Origin: an uncultured Candidatus Saccharibacteria bacterium
GTDB lineage: Bacteria; Patescibacteriota; Minisyncoccia; UBA6257; UBA9933
Assembly (NCBI GenBank): GCA_964453135.1
Contig: CAYVOL010000001.1
Location: 24,895 to 88,894, forward strand
Reading direction: 5' to 3'
DNA length: 64,000 nt
Shown: positions 40,600 through 50,162 of the stretch, piece after piece
Layout: each line of letters starts with the position of its first letter
How positions within the stretch are numbered: position 1 is the first letter of the stretch
Translations under genes and position numbers: made by a program
Notes under the pieces: model-generated
Database searches by the model: none
What the model was told of the DNA's origin: nothing
Seen by the model: only the letters and a program-made list of their open reading frames with translations

Positions 40600-41077
40600 C
40601 GGTGATTGTGCCGGCGCGAAAGGGATTAAGGTGGTTGTGGTATTCCCAGACGCCGACTTTGTTAAACTGGAATGACCACGCTTGTCCCGGCTGCGTCCCT
40701 CCGCAGGCGTCAAAAGCGTTATTATCGGGATTGGCGCAGTGTTCGGACAAAGACGTGCCGCTGTAATCTCTATGGCTGGGGTGAACGCCCGAAGCGGTCC
40801 ACATAGCCTCTGAGCTGTTATTCTGGAAAACAACAGTCGCGCCGACTTTCACTTCTAAATTTTCGGGCGAGTATCCTTGGTCGGTATAAACAACAACAAA
40901 CTGGCCGGCTGATTTTTCTTTTACAGAAGAAGGCGTTTCGGAAATAGGCGCGGTTGGCGCTGGATTATTGTAATTAGGCGCCAGAACTTTTCCGCTTTCC
41001 TTGTTCGCGTATAAATAAACTCCGTAAACAAAAAGAATAATAACGATAACGAGAATAAAAATAATCGGTCTTTTCAT
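40589..41077 (-). CDS. Secreted His/Cys-containing beta-rich protein (possible cupredoxin-like fold)
   Basis: Signal anchor IIFILVIVIILFVYGVYL. C-terminal HxxxC...C...YHNH. The fold assignment is speculative. Confidence 0.35.
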   Translation of the reverse strand: MKRPIIFILVIVIILFVYGVYLYANKESGKVLAPNYNNPAPTAPISETPSSVKEKSAGQFVVVYTDQGYSPENLEVKVGATVVFQNNSSEAMWTASGVHPSHRDYSGTSLSEHCANPDNNAFDACGGTQPGQAWSFQFNKVGVWEYHNHLNPFRAGTITVNP

Positions 41078-41102
41078 ATTTCTATAAAAGATTATAGCGA
41101 AA

Positions 41103-41483
41103 TTAGCGACCTTTGGGAAAATAGTTCTTGAAAGAAAAATTGTCCGGCAGGGAGTCTGTAAGAATGGCGATAGCGGCTGTTAAAAGTCCGATGTCTCTCA
41201 CTGTTATATCAGTAATGCCGCTTACCGTAAGTACAATGAGCAAATGGATGGCGGCTATTAAAGCTGCTAACCAGGTGAAATAGTCAACCAGAAGCAAAAA
41301 GCCTATAGCAATGTCAAGAAACGCCGTGCCTATCATCGCTTGCTCTAATGGCACGGGCAAAAGTCCGGCGGCCCAGGGCTGTAAATACCCGCCCCAAGCC
41401 AACGGCATTTTGAAAATCAAAACACCAATCCAAAGAAAGGTTATTGCCATTCCGACTCTTAAAATGTGGTGGGATGTCTTGCG
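41103..41483 (-). CDS. DoxX-family membrane protein
   Basis: The ORF-track N-terminus (to 41807) overlaps the VKOR gene in another frame. Starting at Met 41483 leaves a 126-aa four-TM protein with DoxX-like topology (ITFLWIGVLIFKMPLAWGG...). Confidence 0.5.
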   Translation of the reverse strand, partial: RKTSHHILRVGMAITFLWIGVLIFKMPLAWGGYLQPWAAGLLPVPLEQAMIGTAFLDIAIGFLLLVDYFTWLAALIAAIHLLIVLTVSGITDITVRDIGLLTAAIAILTDSLPDNFSFKNYFPKGR

Positions 41484-41491
41484 CATAGAAA

Positions 41492-41902
41492 TCAAATCAA
41501 GATCTTTAAAATAATTATAATCCCCATAAGCCAAAAAGTAAAAGCCGACATCACGCACCAAAAACACCACGCGCGGATAACTGTCTTCTGAAGATAAATG
41601 AATAAAAACGACACCAGCGAAGCGACCGCGACAAGAAGATTGAGGACAAAGCTCCACAAAGCCATAGGCGTAATTCCGATAACCAGAAAAGCCGACACCA
41701 AAGAAATGATTACGTAAACAAATAAACCAATAACATCGTTCGGGATAATGAAAATTTTGCTGTACGCGCTGGTTAGCACAGTCAAACAATCCTCTCCTAT
41801 GGGGCAAACAGGTTTTTCGGCGGCAATTCTTTTGCGGATAAGGTAAGACGTCTCGCTGATGCCGATAGCGGACAGAGTAAAAATGAGGGCCAAGGAGGTC
41901 AT
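41492..41902 (-). CDS. Vitamin K epoxide reductase (VKOR)-family thiol oxidoreductase
   Basis: Loop cysteines CPIGEDC plus TM CFWC active-site motif. Confidence 0.6.
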   Translation of the reverse strand: MTSLALIFTLSAIGISETSYLIRKRIAAEKPVCPIGEDCLTVLTSAYSKIFIIPNDVIGLFVYVIISLVSAFLVIGITPMALWSFVLNLLVAVASLVSFLFIYLQKTVIRAWCFWCVMSAFTFWLMGIIIILKILI

Positions 41903-41907
41903 AAACT

Positions 41908-42897
41908 TTATATCGTCAGTCCTAAAACTTTTTTTACCGCTGCCATTTTTTCGCGGGCGCGGACGCGGGCTTTTTCATTTCCCTCGGCGATGATTTTTCC
42001 AAAAGACGCCGGGTCTTTCAAAAAATGTGTTTTGCGCTCCTGAAAGTCTTTTAATTTTTCCGCCAACAAGTCGGCCAGAGCGTTTTTGAAAGTTCCGTAA
42101 TTCTGGCCTTTAAATTTTTTTTCTATCTCCCTTAGCGTCATTCCGCTGAAACCCCGATAAATTTCCATGAGGTTAGAAACAGCTGGCTTGATTTTCGGGT
42201 CATATTTAATTTCCTTGCCTGAATCAGTGGTCGCTCTTTTGATTTTAGCGCGGACAATATCAGCGGGGTCATCCAAAAACAAACAGCTATCCGGGATGGA
42301 TTTGGACATTTTTTTCGCCGGATTGTACAAACCCATAAGCCGGGGCGTTTCGGTTAAAACCGCCTGGGGCTCGGTGAATATCTTGCCGAACTGAACATTA
42401 AATTTTCTCGCCAAGGTGCGGGCAAGCTCTAAATGCTGTTTTTGATCTTCTCCAATAGGCACAAAACGGGCGTCGTATAAAAGAATATCCGCGGCCTGCA
42501 AAATGGGATAAGTGAAAAGCCCCACATTGATATTGCTTTTCTGCCTTTGGGCTTTGTCCTTAAACTGGGTCATCCGCGAAACATCGCCAAAAGGAGCGAT
42601 GGCGCTGAAAATCCAAGCCAGCTCGGCGTGCTCGGCGATTTGCGACTGGATGAAAATCGTCGCTTTTTTGGGATCAATGCCGGCGGCTAAAAAATTCAAA
42701 ACAATGTCCAAAATCTGGCGCGGCTTTTCTTGAGGAACAAAATCTTCGGTAAGAGAATGGAGGTCGGCCACGAAAAAATAACATTCATACTGGCCGGAAT
42801 TCTGGAGATTAACAAAATTCTTCAATGCCCCCAAATAATTACCGATATGTAGTTTTCCTGTTGGTTGAATGCCGGAGATTAAGATATTTTTGGGCAT
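41908..42897 (-). CDS. trpS: Tryptophan--tRNA ligase
   Basis: SGIQPTGKLHIGNYLG (HIGH) and KMSKS. Confidence 0.9.
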   Translation of the reverse strand: MPKNILISGIQPTGKLHIGNYLGALKNFVNLQNSGQYECYFFVADLHSLTEDFVPQEKPRQILDIVLNFLAAGIDPKKATIFIQSQIAEHAELAWIFSAIAPFGDVSRMTQFKDKAQRQKSNINVGLFTYPILQAADILLYDARFVPIGEDQKQHLELARTLARKFNVQFGKIFTEPQAVLTETPRLMGLYNPAKKMSKSIPDSCLFLDDPADIVRAKIKRATTDSGKEIKYDPKIKPAVSNLMEIYRGFSGMTLREIEKKFKGQNYGTFKNALADLLAEKLKDFQERKTHFLKDPASFGKIIAEGNEKARVRAREKMAAVKKVLGLTI

Positions 42898-42977
42898 AGG
42901 CGTTATATTAAAACTTAAATCATGAAACTTGAATCGTAAAAATTAAGGCATAAAGCTTGAAACTTGAAACATAAATT

Positions 42978-44792
42978 TTACACCTGGATTATTACCGGCA
43001 AAACCATAGGCCTTCGCTTTGTCTTATTATATAAGAACTGGCTAATTTGGTCGCGCATCAGTCCTTTGAGATAGTCGGGTTCCAATTCTTGAAGACGAGG
43101 CATGCGCGAAACGATGCTGGTTATTCTTTTTCTCAATTCTTCCACCAGTTCTTTATTTTCGCGAAGATAAATAAACCCTCGCGAAATAATATCAGGGTTT
43201 TTCAAAAACCGGCCGGTTCTTCTGTCCAAAGTGGCGATAATAACCACCATCCCTTCCTGCGCCAAAACGCGCCTGTCCCGCAGAACGATTTCTCCCACAT
43301 CCCCCACTCCCAATCCGTCCACCATCACATAGTAAGCCGGCACTGTTTCTTGAGTAGGGCGGGCGGCGCCGGGAGTGAATTCCGTTATTTGTCCGTTGTC
43401 AGCCAGAATAACGTTATCTTTGGGAATTTTAAGCTCCTCGGCCAATCTTCCCAAAGTAGCCCGCATAAAATATTGCCCGTGAATAGGCACTAAAAATTTC
43501 GGGTTTACCAGTTTAATAATAGTTTGAAGCTCTTCTCCGGTGGCGTGCCCAGAAGCATGAAGGTCTACAATTCGGGAATGGTAAATTCTCGCTCCCTGCC
43601 GCGTTAGATTATCTTTAAGAACCTGAACATCGCGCTCGTTTCCCGGAATAACCGAGGAAGAAAAAATAACGGTATCGCCCGTCTTGATTTGAACCTGGCG
43701 ATGCTCGCCGTTGACGATTTTCATCAGGCTGGCGTTCGGCTCTCCTTGGGCGCCAGTGGAAAGAATCAAAATTTTCTCGTCTTTGTAGCGGGAAATATCT
43801 TCTAAAGGAATGATAGCTCCTTTTTTCACTTTGATATAGCCGAGATTCTGGGCAATCTGGACGTTGGTTTTCATGGAAAGTCCGGAAAAGAAAACTTTGC
43901 GGTCGTATTTTTCCGCGATTTTTATTATTTCCGCGATGCGGGTAAGCATGGAGGCGAAAGTGCCGATGATTATCCGGCCGGAAGATTTTTTGAAGATCTC
44001 TTCAATGTTTTTCTCTACGACTTTTTCCGAAGCGGAAACACCCGGCACGTCGGCGTTGGTGCTTTCCAAAAACAAAGCGTGAATGTCAAAATTTTTCCCC
44101 GCCCATTTAAATTCTTCCAAGCCAATGGGGTTGTCTTTTTCGTCGTAGTCAAACTTCACATCCGTGCAGTACACGAAATTGCCCGCCGGGGTTTTAATCA
44201 CCGCGCTCACCGTGTCGGGAATGCTGTGGATAATTCCAAAAAATTCTACTTCAAAATTATCGGAAAATTTCACTTTTTCCCGGTTGCCTATCAGCTCAAA
44301 ATTCAACTTGGGAGAATTGATAAAATCTTCCTGCCTTTTTTGGATTATCTCTCGGGTTAGTTTAGTGGCATAAATAGTCGGATTACCCAGTTTTTCAATC
44401 AGATAAGGCAGGGCTCCGATGTGGTCGTAATGGGCGTGAGTGATAATCAAGCCGCGGATTTTGTTTTTGCGCTCTTCTAAATACTGGACATTGGGAATAA
44501 TGTAATCAATGCCCGGAGTTTCTTCGTCCGGAAACTGAATGCCGGCGTCTAAAACAATGATGTCGTCCTGATATTCAAAAAAAGACATATTCCTTCCCAC
44601 TTCTTCCAAGCCGCCCAAAGCGCCGAAGCGCAGAACTTCTTTCTTGGGCATAGGAGAAATAATATTTTCGTCCAAAGGTTCCGCCGCCGGCCTAAAAGGC
44701 ATTCTCCGTCTTGACGGCCGCGAATATTTCCGCGCGTCTGTTTTTGAAATTAAATCTGAAGGATGGCTTCTTCGTCGGGAATTTTTAATCAT
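42978..44792 (-). CDS. rnj: Ribonuclease J (MBL, beta-CASP; basic N-terminal extension)
   Basis: LIITHAHYDHIGALPYL motif-2 plus beta-CASP motifs. 604 aa. Confidence 0.9.
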   Translation of the reverse strand: MIKNSRRRSHPSDLISKTDARKYSRPSRRRMPFRPAAEPLDENIISPMPKKEVLRFGALGGLEEVGRNMSFFEYQDDIIVLDAGIQFPDEETPGIDYIIPNVQYLEERKNKIRGLIITHAHYDHIGALPYLIEKLGNPTIYATKLTREIIQKRQEDFINSPKLNFELIGNREKVKFSDNFEVEFFGIIHSIPDTVSAVIKTPAGNFVYCTDVKFDYDEKDNPIGLEEFKWAGKNFDIHALFLESTNADVPGVSASEKVVEKNIEEIFKKSSGRIIIGTFASMLTRIAEIIKIAEKYDRKVFFSGLSMKTNVQIAQNLGYIKVKKGAIIPLEDISRYKDEKILILSTGAQGEPNASLMKIVNGEHRQVQIKTGDTVIFSSSVIPGNERDVQVLKDNLTRQGARIYHSRIVDLHASGHATGEELQTIIKLVNPKFLVPIHGQYFMRATLGRLAEELKIPKDNVILADNGQITEFTPGAARPTQETVPAYYVMVDGLGVGDVGEIVLRDRRVLAQEGMVVIIATLDRRTGRFLKNPDIISRGFIYLRENKELVEELRKRITSIVSRMPRLQELEPDYLKGLMRDQISQFLYNKTKRRPMVLPVIIQV

Positions 44793-44856
44793 ATTCTTGT
44801 GTATAAATTTAATTTTTCCGCCTACCGGCGACTAAGGGGTTAATTGTTCTAAAATG

Positions 44857-44928
44857 TGCGCCCATGAAGGATCGGACTTCAGGCCTCTTGCGTGTCATGC
44901 AAGCGCTCTACCACTGAGCTATGGGCGC
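44857..44928 (-). tRNA. tRNA-Val (anticodon GAC), no encoded CCA
   Basis: Manual fold: acceptor GCGCCCA/TGGGCGC, D-arm GCTCAGTGGTAGAGC, anticodon loop AUGACAC, T-arm TGAAGTCCGATCCTTCA. Confidence 0.8.
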
Positions 44929-45012
44929 GTCTGGAAAACTGGAAAATTTTAGTTTCTACACAGATAAATTTTATCGGAAAATATCTATTAACGGTGAAGC
45001 TAAATTAAATTC

Positions 45013-45087
45013 TGGTGGGTGTGGAAGGAATCGAACCTTCGACTTCTGTCTTATCAGGACAGCGTTCTACCACTGAACTACACACCC
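45013..45087 (-). tRNA. tRNA-Ile (anticodon GAU), CCA encoded
   Basis: Manual fold: acceptor GGGTGTG/CACACCC, anticodon loop CUGAUAA, T-loop GGTTCGATTCC, 3-prime ACCA. Confidence 0.85.
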
Positions 45088-45241
45088 GAAATTTACAAAG
45101 ATTATCAGCGCGGTCTACCGCTAAACCATTCGCCTATGTCAATTTCCGGCTTTTAGCTTAAAGTTTACGAGAAATAAAATTTAGAGAATGAAATTGGGAA
45201 GCAATAAAAGGATATAAAAGTTTTAGCAAGGTAGACAACTA

Positions 45242-45560
45242 TTATCTATGGACATTGGTGCTGGTAGCAAAGCTCTTGGTCGCCGTCGCGCTGGAGATTG
45301 TTGAACTGACAATGGCCTCCGAAGACGACGTATTAATGGGGGAAACGTTCTCCGTAATAATACCAATTTTTTTTAATTTTTCAAATTGGAAGCCGGAAGC
45401 GGGAGCAAGCGCGCCGACAGAGCCGCCGCTCTCCTCTGTGGCATCTTTAATAAAACCAACCCAGTTAAAAGACGCCCAAATAAGCGCGGTGAGAATGGAA
45501 ATTCCTAAAAACGTAAAAATTATGCTGTATTTATATTCGATTAATTTAGCCACGGTGGTG
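45242..45560 (-). CDS. Small membrane protein, possible PilO/PilN-like partner (start uncertain)
   Basis: The ORF-track start at 45643 overlaps the upstream gene by 83 nt. One TM (YSIIFTFLGISILTALIWASF). Confidence 0.25.
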
Positions 45561-46112
45561 TCAAAAAGAAAAAATTTGTCCGCTAAAATTTCCGCTCGCG
45601 CTGGCGCCCTGAAAAATAGAATCAAACCGCTGAATTTTAACAAAATAACGGCTTTGCTCCAAGGCGCTCAAAAAATTCGCCAAGTCTTTCAGCTGGGCGT
45701 TCCCGCTAAAAGACAAATTTACATTAGTGCGCCGAAGACTTCCCGGAGAAGCCGCCTCCTCTCCAAAAGACACATTGGCGGACAAATTATTTCTTTGCGC
45801 CAAAGAATTTATGTCTCCCGGAAAAGTTAGAAGATTGTCTTTAGTGATAAAATACCGACTCATCAGCTGGTTATATTGTTTCGCCTGTTCCGCTTTGCTT
45901 TCCATATCAGCCAACTGGCTGATGTCGCGGGAATTTTCGGCAAACCGCGCCAGAAAAGAATGAATTTTATCCGCCCGCTGCTGTATGTCAGATTGTAAAT
46001 AAATTATGGCTGTTGTCAGAATCGCCGCTACGAAAATAATAATGGCTAATTTTCTGACAAGTAAAAATTTATTGAGCATAAAAATCGGCGGTTTCCGTTC
46101 AAAAATTATCAA
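45561..46112 (-). CDS. PilN/PilO-like type IV pilus assembly protein (TM, coiled coil, periplasmic domain)
   Basis: The topology and size fit PilN/PilO. Assignment is by architecture only. Confidence 0.35.
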   Translation of the reverse strand: MIIFERKPPIFMLNKFLLVRKLAIIIFVAAILTTAIIYLQSDIQQRADKIHSFLARFAENSRDISQLADMESKAEQAKQYNQLMSRYFITKDNLLTFPGDINSLAQRNNLSANVSFGEEAASPGSLRRTNVNLSFSGNAQLKDLANFLSALEQSRYFVKIQRFDSIFQGASASGNFSGQIFSF

Positions 46113-46165
46113 CTCGCCATACTATTTCTGATATTATATAATATTATTTAAAAAAATGAAATAAA

Positions 46166-47050
46166 ATGGATATTCAAGAAATTAAATTCAACAACCCCAA
46201 ATTTCCCCGTTTGCTGAAAACAATTTCCCGCCCGCCGAAGCACATTTTCTTGCGTGGAGAAATTCCTTCCGAGGGCATTTTCGCGGCAATAGTAGGAACA
46301 CGCAAAGCCACTGCGTCGGGAAAACAATTGGCCAAGGAATGGGCGGAAAAACTGGCGGAGATGGGAATTATCGTTGTCAGCGGATTGGCGCTGGGAATTG
46401 ACTCCGCGGCTCATGAAGGCGCGATAGCGACTGGCGGAAAAACTATCGCTGTTTTAGCCAACGGCGCGGACAAAATTTATCCCGCGCAAAATGAAAATCT
46501 GGCGAAAAAAATTCTGGAACTAGGCGGGGCGATTATTTCCGAATACGAACCGAAAACTCCCGCTCTCCCCCATCAATTTTTAGAACGCAATCGTTTAATA
46601 AGCGGATTAAGCATAGCCACTATTGTCATTGAGGCGCCCGAGCGCTCCGGAGCAATAGCTACCGCCCGATTAGCGGCGGAACAAGGACGGGAAGTATTTG
46701 TTGTTCCCGGGCCGGTAGAACATCCCAATTATAAAGGGGCGCACCAGTTAATCAGAGACGGGGCGAGATTGATAACGTCAATAGAAGATATTCTAGAAGA
46801 CCTTGGTTTAAATGATCTCGGGCGGCAAAAATTAAATTTAAATAATGCCGCGAAACTTTCTGAAGATGAATATCTAAATGCCAGCCAGCTAAAAATTATT
46901 GAGACCATCCGCCAAGCGGGAAAACCTCTTGCCATTGACGAAATAATTAAAATGACTAAACTGGACGCGTCCGTTGCCAATCAAGCCGTTGCTTTTCTGA
47001 CCATCGGAGAAATAATAGCGGAAACAGAACAAGGATACGGGTTAAGGTAA
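46166..47050 (+). CDS. dprA: DNA-processing protein DprA (Smf)
   Basis: AIVGTRKATASG and SGLALGIDSAAHEGA Rossmann-like DprA core. Confidence 0.85.
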   Translation: MDIQEIKFNNPKFPRLLKTISRPPKHIFLRGEIPSEGIFAAIVGTRKATASGKQLAKEWAEKLAEMGIIVVSGLALGIDSAAHEGAIATGGKTIAVLANGADKIYPAQNENLAKKILELGGAIISEYEPKTPALPHQFLERNRLISGLSIATIVIEAPERSGAIATARLAAEQGREVFVVPGPVEHPNYKGAHQLIRDGARLITSIEDILEDLGLNDLGRQKLNLNNAAKLSEDEYLNASQLKIIETIRQAGKPLAIDEIIKMTKLDASVANQAVAFLTIGEIIAETEQGYGLR

Positions 47051-47063
47051 ATTTTTAATTTCT

Positions 47064-49493
47064 ATGAATCTAATTATCGTTGAGTCTCCGGCAAAAACAA
47101 AAACCATAGCAAAGTACCTCAAGGGCGATTACGTTGTGAAAGCCAGCGTGGGCCATATTCGCGACTTGCCGAAAAACAACAAGAAAGCCATTGACATTGC
47201 GGGCGGTTTCACGCCGCATTATGAAATCATCCCAGGAAAAGAAAAAGTCATCGCCGAACTGAAAGAAACAGCCGGAAAAACAAAAGAAATTTTATTGGCC
47301 ACTGACCCGGACAGAGAAGGAGAAGCCATTGCCTGGCACATCATTGAGGCATTAAGCCTCGGAAATTCAAGATTCAAGATTAAAAATTCAAAACTGCCGA
47401 GCATTAAGCGGATTGTTTTTAATGAAATCACGGAATCCGCTGTCAAAGAAGCGTTAAAACATCCGCGAGACATTGATGTGAACTTGGTAAAAGCGCAGGA
47501 AGCGCGCCGCGTTCTTGACCGATTAGTGGGATACGATTTAAGCGGATTGATCTGGAAAAAAGTGCGCTACGGATTGTCGGCCGGCCGGGTGCAATCTCCG
47601 GCTTTGCGCATTTTAATGGAGAAAGAACGAGAAATTCGCGCTTTTAAGCCGGAAAATTACTGGGTGATAACCGGCGAGTTTGAAACCAAAAATAACGATA
47701 AAATAATTCTTATTTGCGAAGAAGAGCCGCGGGATAAAAAAGAGATGGAAAGAATAGTGGAAACGGCGAAGAAAAATAAGTGGCAAATAATCAATGCGAC
47801 GCAAACGGAGGCAAAACGTTCTCCCCGTCCTCCATTTATCACTTCCACGCTCCAGCAGGCGGCCAGCTCCCGCTTGGGAATGGCGCCCAGCCGCACAATG
47901 TCTTTGGCTCAAAAACTTTACGAGCAGGGATTCATCACTTATATGAGAACCGACAGCGTCAATATCAGCAAGGAAATTCTGCCGCAGATTTACGGAGTAA
48001 TAGAAAAACGCTTCGGCAAGAAATATCTCGCTCCGCGCGCTTACGCGGCGAAAAGCAAGACCGCCCAGGAAGCGCACGAGGCAATCAGGCCCAGCCGCCC
48101 GGATTTTATTCCGCAAAATTTAGGCGGCCAAGCAAAAATAACCGACAAACAGCAATCATCTCTTTATCAATTAATCTGGGAAAGAACTGTTGCTTCGCAA
48201 ATGGCTGACGCGAAAATTTCACGGACAAAAATCTCCGCCAATATTTATGATCAGCATGATATCTCTGGTTATCATGATATTTCTGATCACCATGATGTTT
48301 CTAATCACCATGATATTTCTGGTCATCATAATGTTTCGGATCATCCTAATATTTCTGGTCATCCTGAGCGAAGCGAAGGATCTCAAAAAGATTCTTCGAC
48401 TGCTTCGCTCCATCAGAATGACAATAATAAAATCCCCAACTTTTCCACCACTGGCAGCATAGTCATTTTTGACGGCTGGCTGGCCGCCGACCCTCTCAGC
48501 CGCGGAGAAAATGTTGAACTGCCCGCGTTAAAAATTGGGGAACCGTTAAAACTTCTTAACATCAGCGATGAAGAAAAAACCACTGAGCCGCCTCCCCGCT
48601 ACACCGAAGCCGGACTGATTAAAGAATTGGAAAAGCGGGAAATCGGCCGTCCCAGCACATACGCGACTATCATAAAAACCTTATATGACCGCGGGTACAC
48701 AATTAAGGAAGGCAAGGCGCTGAAGCCGACGGACACCGGCGAAGTAGTCAGTAATTTTTTGGAAAAAAATTTTTCCGCTTATATCAGCGATTCCTTCACC
48801 GCGGAAATGGAAAATGAATTAGACGAAATCGCCGGCGGCAAAAGGCGCTACGAAAAAATGTTGGGCGATTTTTATAAGCCGTTCTCGCAGGCGGTGAAAG
48901 ACAAAGAAAAAACCGCGGAAAAATTAACCAACCTCGGCGAAGCGGACAAAGAACACAAATGTCCGGTTTGCGAAGGGCCGATGGTGATAAAATTATCGCG
49001 CAGCGGAAAATTTTTAAGCTGCGCTAAATTCCCCGAATGCCAGGGAGCACGAAAAATCGACGGCGCCGCAATGGAAGGCCCGAAAGAAACCGGCGAAAAA
49101 TGTCCGCAATGTAAAGAGGGAGATTTAATTGAGCGGGAAGGCCGCTTTGGCAAATTCATCGCCTGCTCCAACTATCCCAAATGTAAATTTATAAAAACCA
49201 GCGCGGAAGAAGAGGCGAAGAAAAAAACCGGTGTCGCCTGCCCGGAGTGCCAAAAAGGATTGTCCGCCGAAGCCTCGGCAAAGACAGGCGAGATTATGGA
49301 GCGCCGCGGACGCTTCGGCTTGTTTTATTCCTGCTCCAATTATCCCAAATGCAAATTTATTATGAAATCGCGGCCAACAGGAAACATTTGTAAATTATGC
49401 AAAGCGCTGATGATGGAGGGAACTAAAACAATTCCCGAACGCTGCAGTGATAAAAATTGCCCCAATTACAATCCGTCAAAACAAAAGAATTAA
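47064..49493 (+). CDS. topA: DNA topoisomerase I with C-terminal zinc ribbons and an in-frame repeat insertion
   Basis: Toprim start MNLIIVESPAKTKTIAKYL...HIRDLP. Several C4 zinc-ribbon repeats (CPVCEG...C..C; CPQCKEG; CPECQKG). Confidence 0.9.
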   Translation: MNLIIVESPAKTKTIAKYLKGDYVVKASVGHIRDLPKNNKKAIDIAGGFTPHYEIIPGKEKVIAELKETAGKTKEILLATDPDREGEAIAWHIIEALSLGNSRFKIKNSKLPSIKRIVFNEITESAVKEALKHPRDIDVNLVKAQEARRVLDRLVGYDLSGLIWKKVRYGLSAGRVQSPALRILMEKEREIRAFKPENYWVITGEFETKNNDKIILICEEEPRDKKEMERIVETAKKNKWQIINATQTEAKRSPRPPFITSTLQQAASSRLGMAPSRTMSLAQKLYEQGFITYMRTDSVNISKEILPQIYGVIEKRFGKKYLAPRAYAAKSKTAQEAHEAIRPSRPDFIPQNLGGQAKITDKQQSSLYQLIWERTVASQMADAKISRTKISANIYDQHDISGYHDISDHHDVSNHHDISGHHNVSDHPNISGHPERSEGSQKDSSTASLHQNDNNKIPNFSTTGSIVIFDGWLAADPLSRGENVELPALKIGEPLKLLNISDEEKTTEPPPRYTEAGLIKELEKREIGRPSTYATIIKTLYDRGYTIKEGKALKPTDTGEVVSNFLEKNFSAYISDSFTAEMENELDEIAGGKRRYEKMLGDFYKPFSQAVKDKEKTAEKLTNLGEADKEHKCPVCEGPMVIKLSRSGKFLSCAKFPECQGARKIDGAAMEGPKETGEKCPQCKEGDLIEREGRFGKFIACSNYPKCKFIKTSAEEEAKKKTGVACPECQKGLSAEASAKTGEIMERRGRFGLFYSCSNYPKCKFIMKSRPTGNICKLCKALMMEGTKTIPERCSDKNCPNYNPSKQKN
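48247..48423 (+). repeat. In-frame insertion in topA: 18-bp tandem repeats encoding x-H-H-D-I-S hexapeptides, followed by a 66-bp MITE core (gtcatcctgagcgaagcgaaggatctc...cagaatgaca)
   Basis: Six 18-nt units (ggttatcatgatatttct / gatcaccatgatgtttct / ...). The last unit merges into ggtcatcctgag, the MITE 5-prime end. The MITE core at 48358-48423 is 66 bp (22 codons). Confidence 0.8.
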
Positions 49494-49502
49494 TAAAAAA
49501 TT

Positions 49503-49564
49503 TGTCGTTCCCCGCCCCGCCGTGGCGGCGGGGCGGGGCGAGGAATCTCGCGGGATTGCTTTTC
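49503..49564 (+). repeat. MITE-family left half (module 1) at the left border of the ORFan island
   Basis: tgtcgttccccgccccgccgtggcggcggggcggggcgaggaatctcgcgggattgcttttcc, compared with tgtcatcctgag-hairpin-gaaggatctcgcaagattcttc. Confidence 0.55.
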
Positions 49565-49578
49565 CAATAAAACAAAGT

Positions 49579-49607
49579 TTGACTAAAATAGCATTTGCTG
49601 GTATTAT
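49579..49607 (+). promoter_or_regulatory. Consensus sigma70-type promoter (TTGACT, 17 nt, TATTAT) for the island operon
   Basis: ttgactaaaatagcatttgctggtattat. The 5-prime UTR ends in SD aaaggagg before ATG 49688. Confidence 0.55.
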
Positions 49608-49687
49608 ATAAAAAGTAAATAAACAGATTTTTATTGAGGCGTAAACACGCGGCACAATGATAGCGACTTCACAAAAGGAGGAACGAA

Positions 49688-50146
49688 ATGCTGGTGATCT
49701 CGGCTTTAAACACCATAAGACTGCTAATGGAAGAGGTGAAGGAAACCGAAATCCTGATAGAGCCGGAGGAAGAGGTGCGGAAAGGCGAGAGAGTCATAGG
49801 AGAGATGGCGGGAGAACTGAGAAAAATATACACCCTAGCGCAAGTTTACAGGCAAGCGGCAGTGAACTTGTCCCATTCTGTTTTAAATGGCGGCGCGACG
49901 GGCAAAGAATCAGAGAAGGGCAGGACGGCCTTCATAAAGATGAAGCGGTGCGAATATACCCATACCTATCTCATGGATACCCTGTGGCATTCTCTGTTCT
50001 TGTACTACGATGAAAAACTTTCCCATCTTTGCGCCGACACGGTTGCCGTAAGAGCCGGCTGGAAAATCGTCGTGTTCAATACTGACGACGCTGTTAAAGA
50101 ATGCGGCGAATGCCAATGCGGAACCGCAATGATTAATCCGAACTGA
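49688..50146 (+). CDS. Island ORFan 1, Cys-rich C-terminus (CGECQC)
   Basis: SD aaaggagg 8 nt before the ATG. 152 aa, no TM, GC-richer codons. Confidence 0.5.
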   Translation: MLVISALNTIRLLMEEVKETEILIEPEEEVRKGERVIGEMAGELRKIYTLAQVYRQAAVNLSHSVLNGGATGKESEKGRTAFIKMKRCEYTHTYLMDTLWHSLFLYYDEKLSHLCADTVAVRAGWKIVVFNTDDAVKECGECQCGTAMINPN

Positions 50147-50162
50147 AAAGAAAGGAGGCGCG

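Noticed and set aside
41484-41807. N-terminal 105 aa of ORF 41103..41807
   Set aside because: It overlaps the VKOR gene in another frame. The DoxX-like protein is complete from the internal Met at 41483.
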